Part shown: piece after piece, positions 24,929 to 37,141 of the stretch | Position numbering within the stretch: the stretch's first letter is position 1 | Layout: each line of letters starts with the position of its first letter | DNA from: Blepharisma stoltei ATCC 30299 | Taxonomy: Eukaryota; Protista; Ciliophora | DNA length: 64,000 nt | NCBI GenBank assembly: GCA_965603825.1 | Contig: CBFDEM010000056.1 | Span: forward strand, 124,001-188,000 | Reading direction: 5' to 3' | Position numbers and translations under genes: made by a program | Notes under the pieces: generated by a model | What the model was told of the DNA's origin: nothing | Seen by the model: only the letters and a program-made list of their open reading frames with translations | Database searches by the model: none

Positions 24929-25634
24929 TTATTCTCTATCATCATCTGATAACACATAATCAACAAGGCTCCTACATAACTCTTCAGTTTCACAGCTATT
25001 CCTATCAGACCACGACCTTTTTAATTCACACTCAGTGAATTCAGATGAGCCCGAATCCGGTTCAATAATAATAGTTGCCGAATTGCTCATTTCTTCTTTA
25101 GGTATGGCCCTCTTGCATTCTACCCATCGATCCCGAATGAAATTATTAGAAAAATTTCTCATAACTTTTTCAACAGATTCTTGTTTTTCGTAAGTAATAA
25201 AGCCGAAACCTCTGGGCTTGCCTGTAATCCTATCTTTCATAACTACACTGTCTTCAATTTCTCCGAATTGTTCGAAATACTGATAAAACTCAGAATTCGT
25301 AACTTCTGGAAGCAAACCCCCTACAAAAATTTTTCGGCTCCTATTGGCTTTTTCGTTTTTTTCTTTCGGAAAAGCAGGCTTGCACTCGACTTCTTTACCT
25401 AAAAGTGAATGTTTTCTACTTAAAATAACCCTAACTGAGCTTTGGTTTACCATAGTAACGAAACCAAAGCACCTCGACCGTCCTGTGTTTTTATCGAGTA
25501 TCAAAGAACACTTTTCAACACGTCCAAATCTGCTGAAATAACTCTTTATTTCTTCTTCTTTCAGCTCTGAAGGAAGACCGCCTATAAATAGTTTTTTGCT
25601 AAAATAAGGGTTACTCGTGTGTTTTAGTGTTCAT
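24929..25634 (-). CDS. Two-RRM RNA-binding protein (Musashi/DAZAP1/hnRNP A-like)
   Basis: MNTKTHD joined over the 16-nt intron 25599-25614 to KKLFIGGLP; RNP1 RCFGFVTM; second RRM KIFVGGL...RGFGFITY. Confidence 0.9.
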
Positions 25635-26163
25635 TTTATATACTGATTTATTGGTGGGTGATAAAAATAAGGGAAATATTTTATTTGGATTTTTGGAGAG
25701 AGAACGAGATCAGGAATATGGAGAAGAAGCGAGGGCAGTAGCTATAGGGACACATAAGAAATTTATAGAGAGAATGGTTAAGGGATATTGTGTTTGGAGA
25801 TAGGGATAAAGAAATATTTAAAATTTAATTTGTAATTTGAAATCAGAAACTTATCGATTATTATGGATTCTGTAGGTTTCTGAAAATAAATGGGAAAGTT
25901 ATGAAGTTTTAAAGTGATTAATTAAAGTATTTGAGTTTTTGGAATTAAATGCAATTTTTATAGGATCTTATATGAATACAACAGGTTTAACCTCTTCGAA
26001 TTACATAATTGTTCCTCTATTAGTATTATAATGCAAATTCTAATAAATAAGTGTTAAGCAAAATAAAAATATAAATTCAGCAAACAGATTTCAGCGAAAA
26101 CTCATAGAAATCAAAAAATTACATAAAACTTAAAAAACTATTTATAAGTTATCTAACTTATTT

Positions 26164-26622
26164 TTAATTTCCAGGCTCTCCTACTTCTTCTTTAAGCTTA
26201 TTGAGTTTTTCTGATTTAAAGCCTGGCACAGAAGCTCTAGCAAGCTTTTCTCTGTATTCTCTTCCTTGTCTGGTATTCAGATTCTCTGGCTTTTTTCCAA
26301 CAATATTGTCTATGAATTCATTAATGTACACATTTTGGTTTTCTGCTTTTCTGCTTAGACTTTTCATATGCTTTACTTCTTGATCCTTTCTTCTGGTCAC
26401 TCTTTTCAAGTCATCTTCTTCAATCTCCATATCATCTGTATTTGTTTCCTTCGCGGCTTCGGCTTCCTCGCGCTGTTTTTGCCGTTTAAGCATTTTTTCA
26501 TTTCTTATTCTTGTTTCTTTGGCGTTTGTCCTTTTTTTGGGGTCTCTTTCTTCGTTAGCCTTTCTATTACGTTTATCTGAAGCCTCATCGGCCATAGAGT
26601 CCATGGATTCTTGAAACTTCAT
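26164..26622 (-). CDS. Highly charged hypothetical protein
   Basis: 152-aa ORF with aaaATG start, K/E/R-rich, flanked by AT-rich spacers. Confidence 0.6.
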   Translation of the reverse strand: MKFQESMDSMADEASDKRNRKANEERDPKKRTNAKETRIRNEKMLKRQKQREEAEAAKETNTDDMEIEEDDLKRVTRRKDQEVKHMKSLSRKAENQNVYINEFIDNIVGKKPENLNTRQGREYREKLARASVPGFKSEKLNKLKEEVGEPGN

Positions 26623-26970
26623 TTTATTTAGATATTGTCAGTATTTTCATTGATGATTATTTAGTATAGAATTGTTGATAGAATAAATATATTTCACAAG
26701 CTATTTATATATATGGGTTAATTATATTTTTTAAGTTAGGTCTATTAGAATTAAATTTGGATTTTAAGTAATTCTTTTGGGAAAAATGATTGAATAAAGA
26801 AACTGGCTTAAATGACAATTAATAACTAGATAATTTATAGGGGAATTAAATAAACTAGTTATAGAAGAATTTAAGATAAATTTTAGTAGACTATCATAAG
26901 TTGAATTCAAAATTTATCTTCATCTTAATAGTCAAAACTCAAAATGTTCTTATTTTATTATAAATAAATA

Positions 26971-29900
26971 ATGCTCAACATATTACAAAAAATGACAGAT
27001 GAAAACTCATCTGAAAAGCCTATTTTTGAAACTGTTCAAGAAGACAAAAACAATAATGACCAAACTGCTTTAAGTTCTCTAACCTCAAACACCCAATCCA
27101 ACCTAATCAAACTCAACCCTATCATGCTTGAAATAACACAAAACACATCAGTAGGCATCGCAAAAGACTTCCAAGCCACTTTACATTACATTTCCGCAAG
27201 ACTCCCTAAATTTATCAGAATCCCATTCAAAGGCACTTGTATGAAGCCAATGCGTGGTGGGGAAACCTTTGTATGTGGCGCGAATAAAAGGCTCATTATT
27301 TGTAACGAAAAAGAAATCCTCAAGGACTGAAGAATTGATGCAAAAATCCAGTCAATCGATATAACAGATGACGACAAATTCGCATATATAGCAACTGAAA
27401 ATCTGATTAAAAAAATATCATTATATGATTTTGAGACAGTTACAACATTTAAGGGGCATGAGGATTTAATAACTGTTGTATGTGTTTCATGAGATGAAAA
27501 ATTTTTGTATTCAGCTGGAAAAGACTGCACTGTGCGTGTATCAATTGATGATGGGATAAATTTTAGCTCACAAATACTATATAAGCATGAAAATATTGTG
27601 CTGGCTTTAAATATTAGTAAAGATGGCCTTCATTTATTGTCTGGAGATGCTGGAAAAACAATTATTTTATATTCAATAACTAATAAAACAGTACAATCAA
27701 GACTGGAAAGCCCTGAAGGGAATATTACTTGTGTTAAGTTTTCTCCTAAAAAAACTTATTTCGCAACGAGTGATCAGCATTTTAATATAAATATTTGGAA
27801 ATTTGAGACCTGCAAGATAGTAAAGGTGCTGAAAGGGCATGAAAATGAGGTGTCAACTATGAAATTTAATAGCTCAGATAGTATACTTGTGACTGGGAGT
27901 AAGGATAATTCAGTCAGAGTATGGAGTATCCACACAAATCAAGATGAAGTTGTACTTTTAGGTCACGAAAAATCTGTCAGAGCTATATCTATTAGTTATA
28001 ATGAAAAAATAATTTTTTCATTTGGAAGAGACTATAAAATCTCTATGTGAAAATTCCCGAAGTTTCAAAATAATAAATTGCTGTTTGGCCATAATGATAC
28101 CATATATAAACTACTGATATCCCAAAAAAGGAAATATATATATTCAAATTCTGACGATTGTAAAATTATTGTATGGGATTTTGTCACAAATAAAATCATT
28201 CATGAGCTTATCCATGATTCATCAATGTACGCTATGGCCATGTCTCTAGATGAAGATATGCTATTTTCTTGTACTGATGACCAAAAAATTGTTATATGAG
28301 ATTTAGAAACTTATGAAAAAATCAAAGAAATTATATTAGAAGAAACCTCTGTCAGGGCAATTTTAATTACCCCTGACAATAGATTTGTAATCACTGGGGA
28401 TGAAGCTTTTAGAATTTCTATATGAGAAATGGAAAATTTAACCCTAAAACACGTAATAAGGTCTCATAGAAACGCAATCTGATCTTTAGCTCTGCATGGA
28501 GATCACCTTTTCAGTGGAGACCAAAATGGAGAAATAATGCTGCATGATTTAAAAGAATTTAAACTTCATGCAGAGCTTAAAGGGAATAGTACAAAAGTCC
28601 AGACAATAAAAGCCACAAAAGATGGAGAATTGCTGATATCAGGGTATAGAGACGGAGAAATTAAAATATGAAGCATAAAAAACAGAAACTGCTTGAGGAC
28701 TATTAAATTTCATACTGATGTGCTGAGGGAGATTTATTGCAGTACTGACGGAAAATATTTTTTTGCGTGCTCTGAAGACCAAAGACTGACGGTTTTTGAT
28801 TTAAAAAATTTTGGGTTTATTACTGGGATTAAAACGAAAAATAAAATTCGAGCTATGGAATTTACGGATGGGGAGCATGAAATTGTCTGTGCTTTGGAAA
28901 ATGTAATTCAAATCATCCAAAACCCGCTGAAAGCTTCGTGATTTAATCCTAAAAAACCTCACGATATCACTATATTTGGCCCCAGTTTTGGAAAATATAA
29001 ATTTATGAAGTATATTTCTGATATCATGCTCTCTGAAACTCCTCCACATAATCCTGAAATGGACCAATTTATTATAGAGCCGTATCATCTTAACGCTCTC
29101 CATTTTTATGCTTACTTTAATTTGCCATCACATTTAAAAAAGAGCATAAAATTAGGCGATGGGTTTTTCCCATCTATTCGTAATGAAACGCCTTTATCAA
29201 TTTGTCTTAAAAAATCGTATACAGAATGCACAGCTGCCATTTTTAGTGCAATGAAAGATATTTCTACAGCTAATCCTTATTCGTTTTATTATTTTGAAGA
29301 CTCTATTGTTGATCTGAATTTTAAAGGTTTTCCAGGGCTAGAACATCTCTATAAAAGCATTTTTATAAGATGTAAAGATTTGTCGTTACCGAAATTTTGT
29401 AATGAAAAATCAAAACTTCCTTATATCGTCCATTCCAGCTATATTATTCCAAAAAAAGAAAATTTCAGTACTGGGGTACGTTTTACAAGTGAAGGGAAAG
29501 ATATTATGTATTTACAGTCTTTAGTAAGGCTTGACATTGAAATTGGCACAAAAGAGAGCTTAAGGTTTTTAGAAAGTCTAGATAAGTGCCCAAATACCCA
29601 GATTTTAAAGACAAGATTAATTAGAACTATTTTGAATGAAAAATGGGAAAAAATAGGATGGGTCATGTACGTGCAAGCTGCAATTTTTGCTACTTATTTA
29701 ATTTTATTATCAATTTATGCAGTTAAATGAGAATTTGACGAGAACCATATTATCCCAGCATTTGTTTTTCATCTAATTTTAACAAGTTATGAGCTGTTTC
29801 AGCTATATGTGGGAGGAATTTATTATTTAAAAGACTTATATAATTGGGTGGACTGAGGAAGAATCACCTTATTTACTATCCACATAATATTATTGTGAAG

Positions 29901-30612
29901 CCACACCTATCAGGATTGAAATGAATATATTTTGGGTGCTTTAATTTCAATATCATATTACAGATCAACGATATTTTTTAACATTTATTCTAAAACCCGC
30001 CTATTGAACAATCTTTTACTTGCTGTATTTTATGATCTTATTGCTTTCTTTATTATTTTATTATTTTCCACATTTGCATTTGCCATAACTCTATGCGCAG
30101 TTAAGGGAGACACAAGTATAAGCTTTTTTACATGGATAACTTTAGCATGAAGAGCCAATATAGGGGACTATGACAATAATGCGGATTATTATGATCCCAT
30201 GCTTATGTGGGCATTTCATTGAATATTTACAGTAATAAATCCAATTATTTTGATTAATTTGCTTATATCGCTCATGGGCGATACTTTTCAAAGAGTTAAA
30301 GAAAACTGGGAAATTGCGGATGCAAAAGAAATGATTTATATGATGCTTGAAGTTGAGACGCTGCTTTTTTGGAAAAGAAATAAAGGAAAAAAAGAATTTT
30401 TGCAGACATGCTCGAGTGTTGAAAATTTGGAAGAAAAAGAAGAAATTGTCAATAAAAAATTGATAAATTTAGATAAAGAAATTGGTATTATGCTAGAAAA
30501 GTTTAAGGGCTCACATGAAGAAAGGCTAAAAATCCTAAGAGAGAATTTAGATGCCGCAAAAGCGTTTAAAGAGTCGCTTAATAAATCTAAAAAATATAAA
30601 AAAAAGCAATAA
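26971..30612 (+). CDS. WD40-repeat + ankyrin-like + TRP-like ion channel fusion (1213 aa)
   Basis: One frame with 14 TGA=W codons (27328, 27490, 28048, 28297, 28423, 28480, 28669, 28939, 29728, 29854, 29896, 29917, 30148, 30220). GH...WD repeats, then ALHFYAY/ETPLSICL, ILNEKW, TM helices, YNWVD, IGDYD pore, and INLLISLMGDTFQRVKE. Confidence 0.85.
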
Positions 30613-30657
30613 ATTAAATTTTATAATAAATCTGATTTTATCTGAAAATAATAAAAA

Positions 30658-32025
30658 ATGAGCTGCTTTTATGAAGGATGCAGTAATAAAGCTGAAATGT
30701 TTTGTGCTTGTAGCTCTTCTGAAGTAATGATCTGTGGATCCCATATGCAGGACCATGTGAAAGATTCAAAAGAAACAAAGCACCCTTTTGAGTCTCTATA
30801 TGTCAAGCCAGATCTTGGCTTAAAAACATTTATCATCAATCAGATTGATAATAAAATCAAAACTTTAGATGAACAAAAATATACTGCAATAGAAGAAGCT
30901 CTCAAAATTTTTAAAGAAACCAAAATGAAATTAGAAGAAAGCTTATTAAAAATTAGCAGAGAAATTGGGAATCAGAAAAAGCTTAAATTGGAAATCATAG
31001 CTACAGAAGAAATTAATAAATTACATCCTGAGCCAATTTTAGCAGTTTTTGACGAATATAATGCAGAATATGCTAAAAGCATTGCGGGGCAGTCTATTGA
31101 AAATGAATGCACGCTTTCAGTTTCAGCACAAATAGATTATTCCTCATTTAACCTTCTTCACCTTCTATCAAATCACTCAATGAGCGTCAACTCAGTTTCA
31201 TTTTCTCCATCAGGAAATTACCTTGCTTCATGCAGCTCAGATCGCTCAATAAAGATCTGGGATTTATCTATCTATAAGGTATCAAAAGAAATCAGAGGGT
31301 ACAATAAAAGCGACATTCTCTCAATTTCATGGTCTAAATGTGGAAAATACCTCGCCACAGGCAGTATAGATAAATCAGTCAAAATTTTTGACGTCGAAAC
31401 TTCTCAATTAATTAAGGACTTTAAAGGTCACACAATGGATGTCCATTCAGTCTCATGGGATCCAAGCTCTACATTTTTGGTGTCTGGAAGCAGAGATAAC
31501 ACTGCTAAAATATGAAAAATAGACAGAGATACCCAATTTGGAGAGTTAAAAGCCCATAAAGGCTGAATCTGGTGCGTAGCTTGGTCACCATGTGGAAAAT
31601 ATATTGCAACTGCAAGCGGGGACAATTCGGTTGGGATATGAAGTTTTGATAATTTTCAGATGATTTATCAATTAAATGGCCACACAAAATATGTATTGGG
31701 TGTCAATTGGTCTCCTTGTGGAGGATATTTAGTTTCTGGCAGCAAAGACCAAACTGTTAAAGTGTGGGATTTTAAAACACAAAGCATTTTATATGATTTT
31801 GTAGGGCATAAGGGATGAATATGGTCAGTATCATTTTCACCGTGTGGGAAATATGTAGCTTCTTCAAGTGGAGATATGACTACAAAAATATGAAGCTTAG
31901 AGACACAAAAAGAAATTAACCAGCTTAAAGGACATAGCGACTATGTTTATTCTACAGTTTGGTCACCCGATGGGAAATATTTAGCTTCAGCAAGTGCTGA
32001 TAAAAAAGTTAAGATTTGGGGTTAA
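30658..32025 (+). CDS. WD40-repeat protein with N-terminal Cys/His (B-box-like) motif and coiled coil
   Basis: TGA=W at 31513, 31564, 31639, 31816 and 31891; seven GH...WSP.G..LAS.S.D..VKIW repeats; TAA at 32023. Confidence 0.88.
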
Positions 32026-32036
32026 TTAAATTTACA

Positions 32037-32675
32037 TTAAATTTCTACATCATCATCACTTTTCATCAGCTTTCTTGCTATTTCTACCAAATCAGAAGGA
32101 TCTTTGCTTGTTTTACATCGGAATTTAGGTGTAAAGCTTCTACCGATTCTTGGTACAATTTTTTTGTGTTTAAATTGGAATCCATCATTGATTTCATTAA
32201 TGATATGATTTCTCTTCTTTATTAACAGCTTTATTTTTTTCGTAGTTTCTAAGACGAATTCATCCCTCGATTTTCCTTCACATTTACATTGAATTTTCTT
32301 GCATTGATTACACTTATATCCTAAGGACTTCATATCAATAAACTTCTTATAAAAAGTATGTTGGAATTTTGGGATCTCGATTTTTTCATTTATTGGGAAC
32401 TGTATTTGTGGGATTTTTTCTAGTTTTATTTTTGATTTTGGAGTAAAAAGTGGAGATGATGGCTTGCTGAGAGGGTCATTTGATCGAGAAAACCGTGGAG
32501 TTCTCCTTTTTGTGTGGAATAAATCGAATTTATTAGATGATTGTAATGAGGAATTTGAGATGGAGCTTTGGTACACACTTGAGTGGTTTAAAATGAAGCT
32601 GCTATTTAAAAGCATTTGACTTCTGGCATGAAAATTTGTATATAATCGTGGGTCAGGAGTTGTGCTTATTTTCAT
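32037..32675 (-). CDS. Hypothetical basic protein
   Basis: 212-aa ORF, S/K-rich, with a CxxCxxxxCxC cluster. Confidence 0.55.
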   Translation of the reverse strand: MKISTTPDPRLYTNFHARSQMLLNSSFILNHSSVYQSSISNSSLQSSNKFDLFHTKRRTPRFSRSNDPLSKPSSPLFTPKSKIKLEKIPQIQFPINEKIEIPKFQHTFYKKFIDMKSLGYKCNQCKKIQCKCEGKSRDEFVLETTKKIKLLIKKRNHIINEINDGFQFKHKKIVPRIGRSFTPKFRCKTSKDPSDLVEIARKLMKSDDDVEI

Positions 32676-33017
32676 ATTTCTTTATCGAAGCTAATACATT
32701 TATTTTGTTTTGTTGACTAATTTATTAATATTGTTTTTTACATAAACAATTTTTCGTTTTTAATACGATTATTAAGGTCTCATCAAGAAATCAGAAATAT
32801 ATAAAATTTATCTTGTTTAGATTTATAAGACTAACGGCTAGCAAAATTTCCAAATGAAAACAAAAGAATGATGTCTATATTTAAAAAAACCCTCAATTAA
32901 TTATATAATTTCTATAATCTTCTCCATCAAGCAGCTTTCTTTTATCCGGCTTATCCAATTTGCTTAATCAGCATCAATTAGCGTTGTATTTTTGGTCCAC
33001 GTTTATATTTTTTTTTA

Positions 33018-36000
33018 ATGGATAATACATCTATCCGTGAAGAAGTCTTAGCTGAGCTTAACTTATGCAGGGCAAACCCTAAGTCTTACGCCACTATAGT
33101 TGCAGGTATTCTTGACCTCTTCAAGGGCAATGAAATCCACAAGCCAGGTGAAATCCCTCTTGAAACCCAAGAAGGTCCAGCTGCAGTCCAAGAATGCATC
33201 AAGCGTCTCCGTTCAATCAAGCCAATCGCTCCATTAAGCCTTTCTGAAGGAATGTCTAAAGCCGCACAAGACCATTGCAATGATTTAGGTCCTCAAGGTA
33301 TTATAGGACATGATGGCACAGATGGCTCAACAGCAGAATCTAGAATTGAAAGATATGGAGAATGGGATGTCACTTCAGGCGAAAATTGTGACTTTGGGAA
33401 TGACAGAGCTAGAGATATCGTGGTCTCTTTGCTTGTAGACGATGGAGTTCCTGGCAGAGGACACAGAGAAAACATATTAAACCCAGATTTTAAGGTGGTC
33501 GGAATTGGCTTTGGGCCTCATGCACAATATAAATATATGTGCACTATAGATTTCGCTGGAGGATTCACAGAAAGTGCTAATTCTGGAGCAAAACCGAAAA
33601 ATGAGCCAAAAGGGAAAGCAGGGAATCAGCCAAAAGGTCAAGGAAAAAACCAACAAGGACTTGGGCCTTATTTGATGCCTGCTGTCTGCTCTCAGGTTAT
33701 TGACGAAATTAATGCAGCCAGAACCAACCCAAAAGCTTATGCTGACAATGTAGCAGCCGTTTTAAAGCTTCTTAGAGGAAATGAAATCCATAAGCCAGGA
33801 GAAACTCCAATAGAAACCCAAGAAGGTGCAGTCCCTATCCAAGAATGCATAAAAAGACTAAAAGCCATGAAACCAATCGGCCCACTCGAGCTTTCTGTCG
33901 GCATGTCAAAAGCAGCCCAAGACCATTGTGACGACTTAGGCCCACAAGGCATTACAGGACATAATGGCACAGATGGCTCCACAATGGAATCCCGCATTGA
34001 AAGATATGGGGAATGGGACGTCACTGTAGGTGAAAACTGTGATTTTGGCAATGACCAAGCTAGAGATATAGTCGTTTCTTTACTTATAGATGATGGAGTT
34101 ACTGGAAGAGGACACAGAGAAAACATTTTGAACCCTGATTTTAAGGTAGCTGGTGTTGGGTTTGGCAGCCACGCACAGTTTAATCATATGTGCACTATTG
34201 ATTTTGCAGGAGGGTTTACTGAGTCTGCAGATCAACCTGAAAGAAAAGCACCTGGAGCTTCACAGCCAAGTGGAAAAAATCAGCCAGGAGGTTCACAAGC
34301 TAAGCCTCAAGCTAAAGGAAAACCAGGGGAAGTCACTTATCCTCCAATTTACCAAGAAGTTATTGATGAGCTTAATTTATGCAGAACTAACCCTAAGAAC
34401 TACGCAAATGTGGTAGCTGAAATTTTGAAGTTTTATAAAGGCAAAGAAATCCATAAACCAGGAGAAATTCCAATAGAAACCCAAGAAGGAACAGCCCCTG
34501 TACAAGAAGTCATTAAAAGACTAAAAGCTATGAAGCCAATAGGCCCACTTACATTATCATTAGGTGTTAGTTGGGCAGCACAAGACCATTGTGATGATTT
34601 AGGACCAAAAGGAGAAACGGGCCATGATGGAACTGATGGGTCAACCATGGAAGGAAGAATAGAAAGGTATGGAGAATGGGACGTCACTGTAGGAGAAAAC
34701 TGTGATTTTGGAAACAACAATGCAAGGGATATTGTAGTTTCTTTATTAATTGATGATGGAGTCCAAGGCAGAGGACACAGAGAAAATATTTTAAATCCTG
34801 CCTATAAAGTAGCTGGAGTCGGCTTTGGCTATCACAAAGAATTCAATCACATGTGCACTATTGATTTCGCTGGAGGATTCGAAGAAAAAGGAAATCTTCA
34901 GCCAAGAGATCCTGTATCCTCTCCAGAAGAATCCAAAAATCAAGGAGGAAAGCCAGCTCAAGCCAAAGGAGACACCCAGCCTTCAGAATACCTTGAATTA
35001 ATTCAAGAAGTTATCAACGAAATCAACGTCGTCAGGACCAATCCTAAAGCCTACGTAGATGTCGTCAATAATTTCTTAAAATTCTACAAAGGCAATGAGA
35101 TCCGTAAGCCAGGAGAAACCCCTATAATAACCCAAGAAGGCCCAGCAGCAGTCCAAGACTGTCTTAAAAGACTTAGAGCAATGAAGCCAATCCCACCAAT
35201 TGAGCTTTCTTATGGTCTCTCATTAGCAGCCCAAGACCATTGTGAAGATATCGGTCCACAAGGAGCTACAGGCCATGATGGGACTAATGGCTCTACCACA
35301 GAATCCCGCATAGAAAACCATGGGGATTGGGACGTAACCATTGGAGAAAACATCGATTTTGGGAACAATAATGCCACTGACATTGTAGTTTCTTGGCTTA
35401 TTGATGACGGAGTACCAGGAAGAGGCCACAGAGAAAATATTTTAAATCCTGCCTATAAAGTAGCTGGGGTAGGGTTTGGAAGCCATACAGAGTTTGGGTA
35501 TGTCTGCACTATTGATTTTGCAGGAGGGTTTAGAGAAGACCCTAATCAAGCACCTCCTAAAGGAAGCGCTGGGAAAGGAAAAGCTTCTGAAGAAACAAAA
35601 CAGTCACCAGGAAAACCGACGAAAGGACAAGCTGATAGCCCAGCTAAAGGAGGACAGACTGCTCCAGGAAAAGGAGGACAGACTGCTCCAGGAAAAGGAG
35701 AAAGCCAACCTGATAATCCAGCCCTATTACAAGAAGTTGTTGATGAAATTAATGCGTGCAGAACTAATCCAAAAGCTTATGCAGATGCGGTAGCTGATAT
35801 ACTGAAGTTTTATAAAGGGAAAATGCTGACAAGGCCTGGAGAAACTCCAATTGAAACTCAAGAAGGCCCAGCTCCTGTGCAAGAGGTCATTAAAAGACTT
35901 AAAGCGATGAACCCAATAGGCCCAATAGAACTAAGCGATGATATGAGCAAGGCAGCTAAAGACCATTGCGATGATTTAGGACCAAAAGGAGAAACTGGCC

Positions 36001-36959
36001 ATGATGGCACTGATGGATCTACAGCCGAATCCCGCTTAGAAAGATATGGAGATTGGGATGTTACTATTGGTGAAAACATTGATTTCGGGAACAATAATGC
36101 GAGAGATATTGTAGTTTCTTTATTAATTGATGATGGAGTACCTGGAAGAGGACATAGAGAAAATATTTTAAATCCTGCTTATAAAGTTGCGGGAGTTGGC
36201 TTTGGAAATCATACAGAATATGGCCAGATGTGCACAATTGATTTTGCAGGTGGGTTTGTTGGGAAGCAATCCCCTGCAAAAGGAGGGCAAGCAGCTAAAG
36301 GAAAAGAGCCTCTAGCAGCTAAAGGAAAAGAACCTCCAGCGCCGAAAGGCAAAGAAGCCCCAGCACCTAAAGGCAAAGAAGCTTCTGCACCTAAAGGCAA
36401 AGAAGCCCCTGCGCCTAAAGGTAAAGAGCCAGCAAAGGGTAAAGATGCCAAAGGCAAAGACCCTCGCTCAGGCACAGCAAAAGGTAAATCTCCAAACTCT
36501 TCTATCCCTGAAGGAGTCACCTTGACTCCTGACGAAATTGAGGAAGTCAAGCAAGCCTTCGATCTATTTGACTTAGATGGTTCAGGCACCATTGATCCTA
36601 GAGAAATTTCAGCCGCCCTGGCCTCAATGGAAGACGAAAGAGATACCACAATGTTCAGGCTATTAGGAGGAATTGAAGAATTAGGAGCAGCCATCACCTT
36701 TGAAGACTTTTTACTGCATATTAATGACCGCTTAGGAAACAGAAACTCAAAAGAAGGAGTTCAAAAAATTTTTGACTTATTCGATTCTGATGGATCTGGA
36801 AGAATTAGCGTCAAAAACTTCGCAAAAGTGTTGAGAGAGCTGGGAGACACTATGACTGATGAAGAAATTAAGGAAACGATTGCTAAGGTTTCTTCAGATG
36901 GAGTTTCTATGACAGTCGATGACTTTTATAACGTCATGACTAAAAGGAATTACGCTTAA
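33018..36959 (+). CDS. Five tandem CAP/SCP domains + C-terminal centrin-like EF-hand module (1313 aa)
   Basis: Five copies of E(L/I)N..R.NP...AAQDHC.DLGP.G..GHDG.DGS...RIERYG.W....GEN.DFG...LLIDDGVPGRGHRENILNP. Ends LTPDEIEEVKQAFDLFDLDGSGTID...FDLFDSDGSGRISVKNFAKVLRELG...DDFYNVMTKR. Confidence 0.9.
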   Translation: MDNTSIREEVLAELNLCRANPKSYATIVAGILDLFKGNEIHKPGEIPLETQEGPAAVQECIKRLRSIKPIAPLSLSEGMSKAAQDHCNDLGPQGIIGHDGTDGSTAESRIERYGEWDVTSGENCDFGNDRARDIVVSLLVDDGVPGRGHRENILNPDFKVVGIGFGPHAQYKYMCTIDFAGGFTESANSGAKPKNEPKGKAGNQPKGQGKNQQGLGPYLMPAVCSQVIDEINAARTNPKAYADNVAAVLKLLRGNEIHKPGETPIETQEGAVPIQECIKRLKAMKPIGPLELSVGMSKAAQDHCDDLGPQGITGHNGTDGSTMESRIERYGEWDVTVGENCDFGNDQARDIVVSLLIDDGVTGRGHRENILNPDFKVAGVGFGSHAQFNHMCTIDFAGGFTESADQPERKAPGASQPSGKNQPGGSQAKPQAKGKPGEVTYPPIYQEVIDELNLCRTNPKNYANVVAEILKFYKGKEIHKPGEIPIETQEGTAPVQEVIKRLKAMKPIGPLTLSLGVSWAAQDHCDDLGPKGETGHDGTDGSTMEGRIERYGEWDVTVGENCDFGNNNARDIVVSLLIDDGVQGRGHRENILNPAYKVAGVGFGYHKEFNHMCTIDFAGGFEEKGNLQPRDPVSSPEESKNQGGKPAQAKGDTQPSEYLELIQEVINEINVVRTNPKAYVDVVNNFLKFYKGNEIRKPGETPIITQEGPAAVQDCLKRLRAMKPIPPIELSYGLSLAAQDHCEDIGPQGATGHDGTNGSTTESRIENHGDWDVTIGENIDFGNNNATDIVVSWLIDDGVPGRGHRENILNPAYKVAGVGFGSHTEFGYVCTIDFAGGFREDPNQAPPKGSAGKGKASEETKQSPGKPTKGQADSPAKGGQTAPGKGGQTAPGKGESQPDNPALLQEVVDEINACRTNPKAYADAVADILKFYKGKMLTRPGETPIETQEGPAPVQEVIKRLKAMNPIGPIELSDDMSKAAKDHCDDLGPKGETGHDGTDGSTAESRLERYGDWDVTIGENIDFGNNNARDIVVSLLIDDGVPGRGHRENILNPAYKVAGVGFGNHTEYGQMCTIDFAGGFVGKQSPAKGGQAAKGKEPLAAKGKEPPAPKGKEAPAPKGKEASAPKGKEAPAPKGKEPAKGKDAKGKDPRSGTAKGKSPNSSIPEGVTLTPDEIEEVKQAFDLFDLDGSGTIDPREISAALASMEDERDTTMFRLLGGIEELGAAITFEDFLLHINDRLGNRNSKEGVQKIFDLFDSDGSGRISVKNFAKVLRELGDTMTDEEIKETIAKVSSDGVSMTVDDFYNVMTKRNYA
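36290..36460 (+). repeat. Coding 24-nt (8-aa) repeat KGKE(A/P)xAP linker
   Basis: aaaggcaaagaagc / aaaggaaaagagcc recur; translation AKGKEPLAAKGKEPPAPKGKEAPAPKGKE... Confidence 0.8.
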
Positions 36960-37141
36960 TTTAAATAAAAATAATAAAAACAAAAAAGAATTTAATATTT
37001 GGATAAAAATAATGCAGCAACAATTGTCTTCAGCTCAGAATAGTTGATTATTCTTTTTTCTGTCATTTAAGTATATAACTTCCTTAGATGGCGAATTATA
37101 AATGACTGCTCCTTGTCTTAATAAGCGAGTTTAGATTGTAA

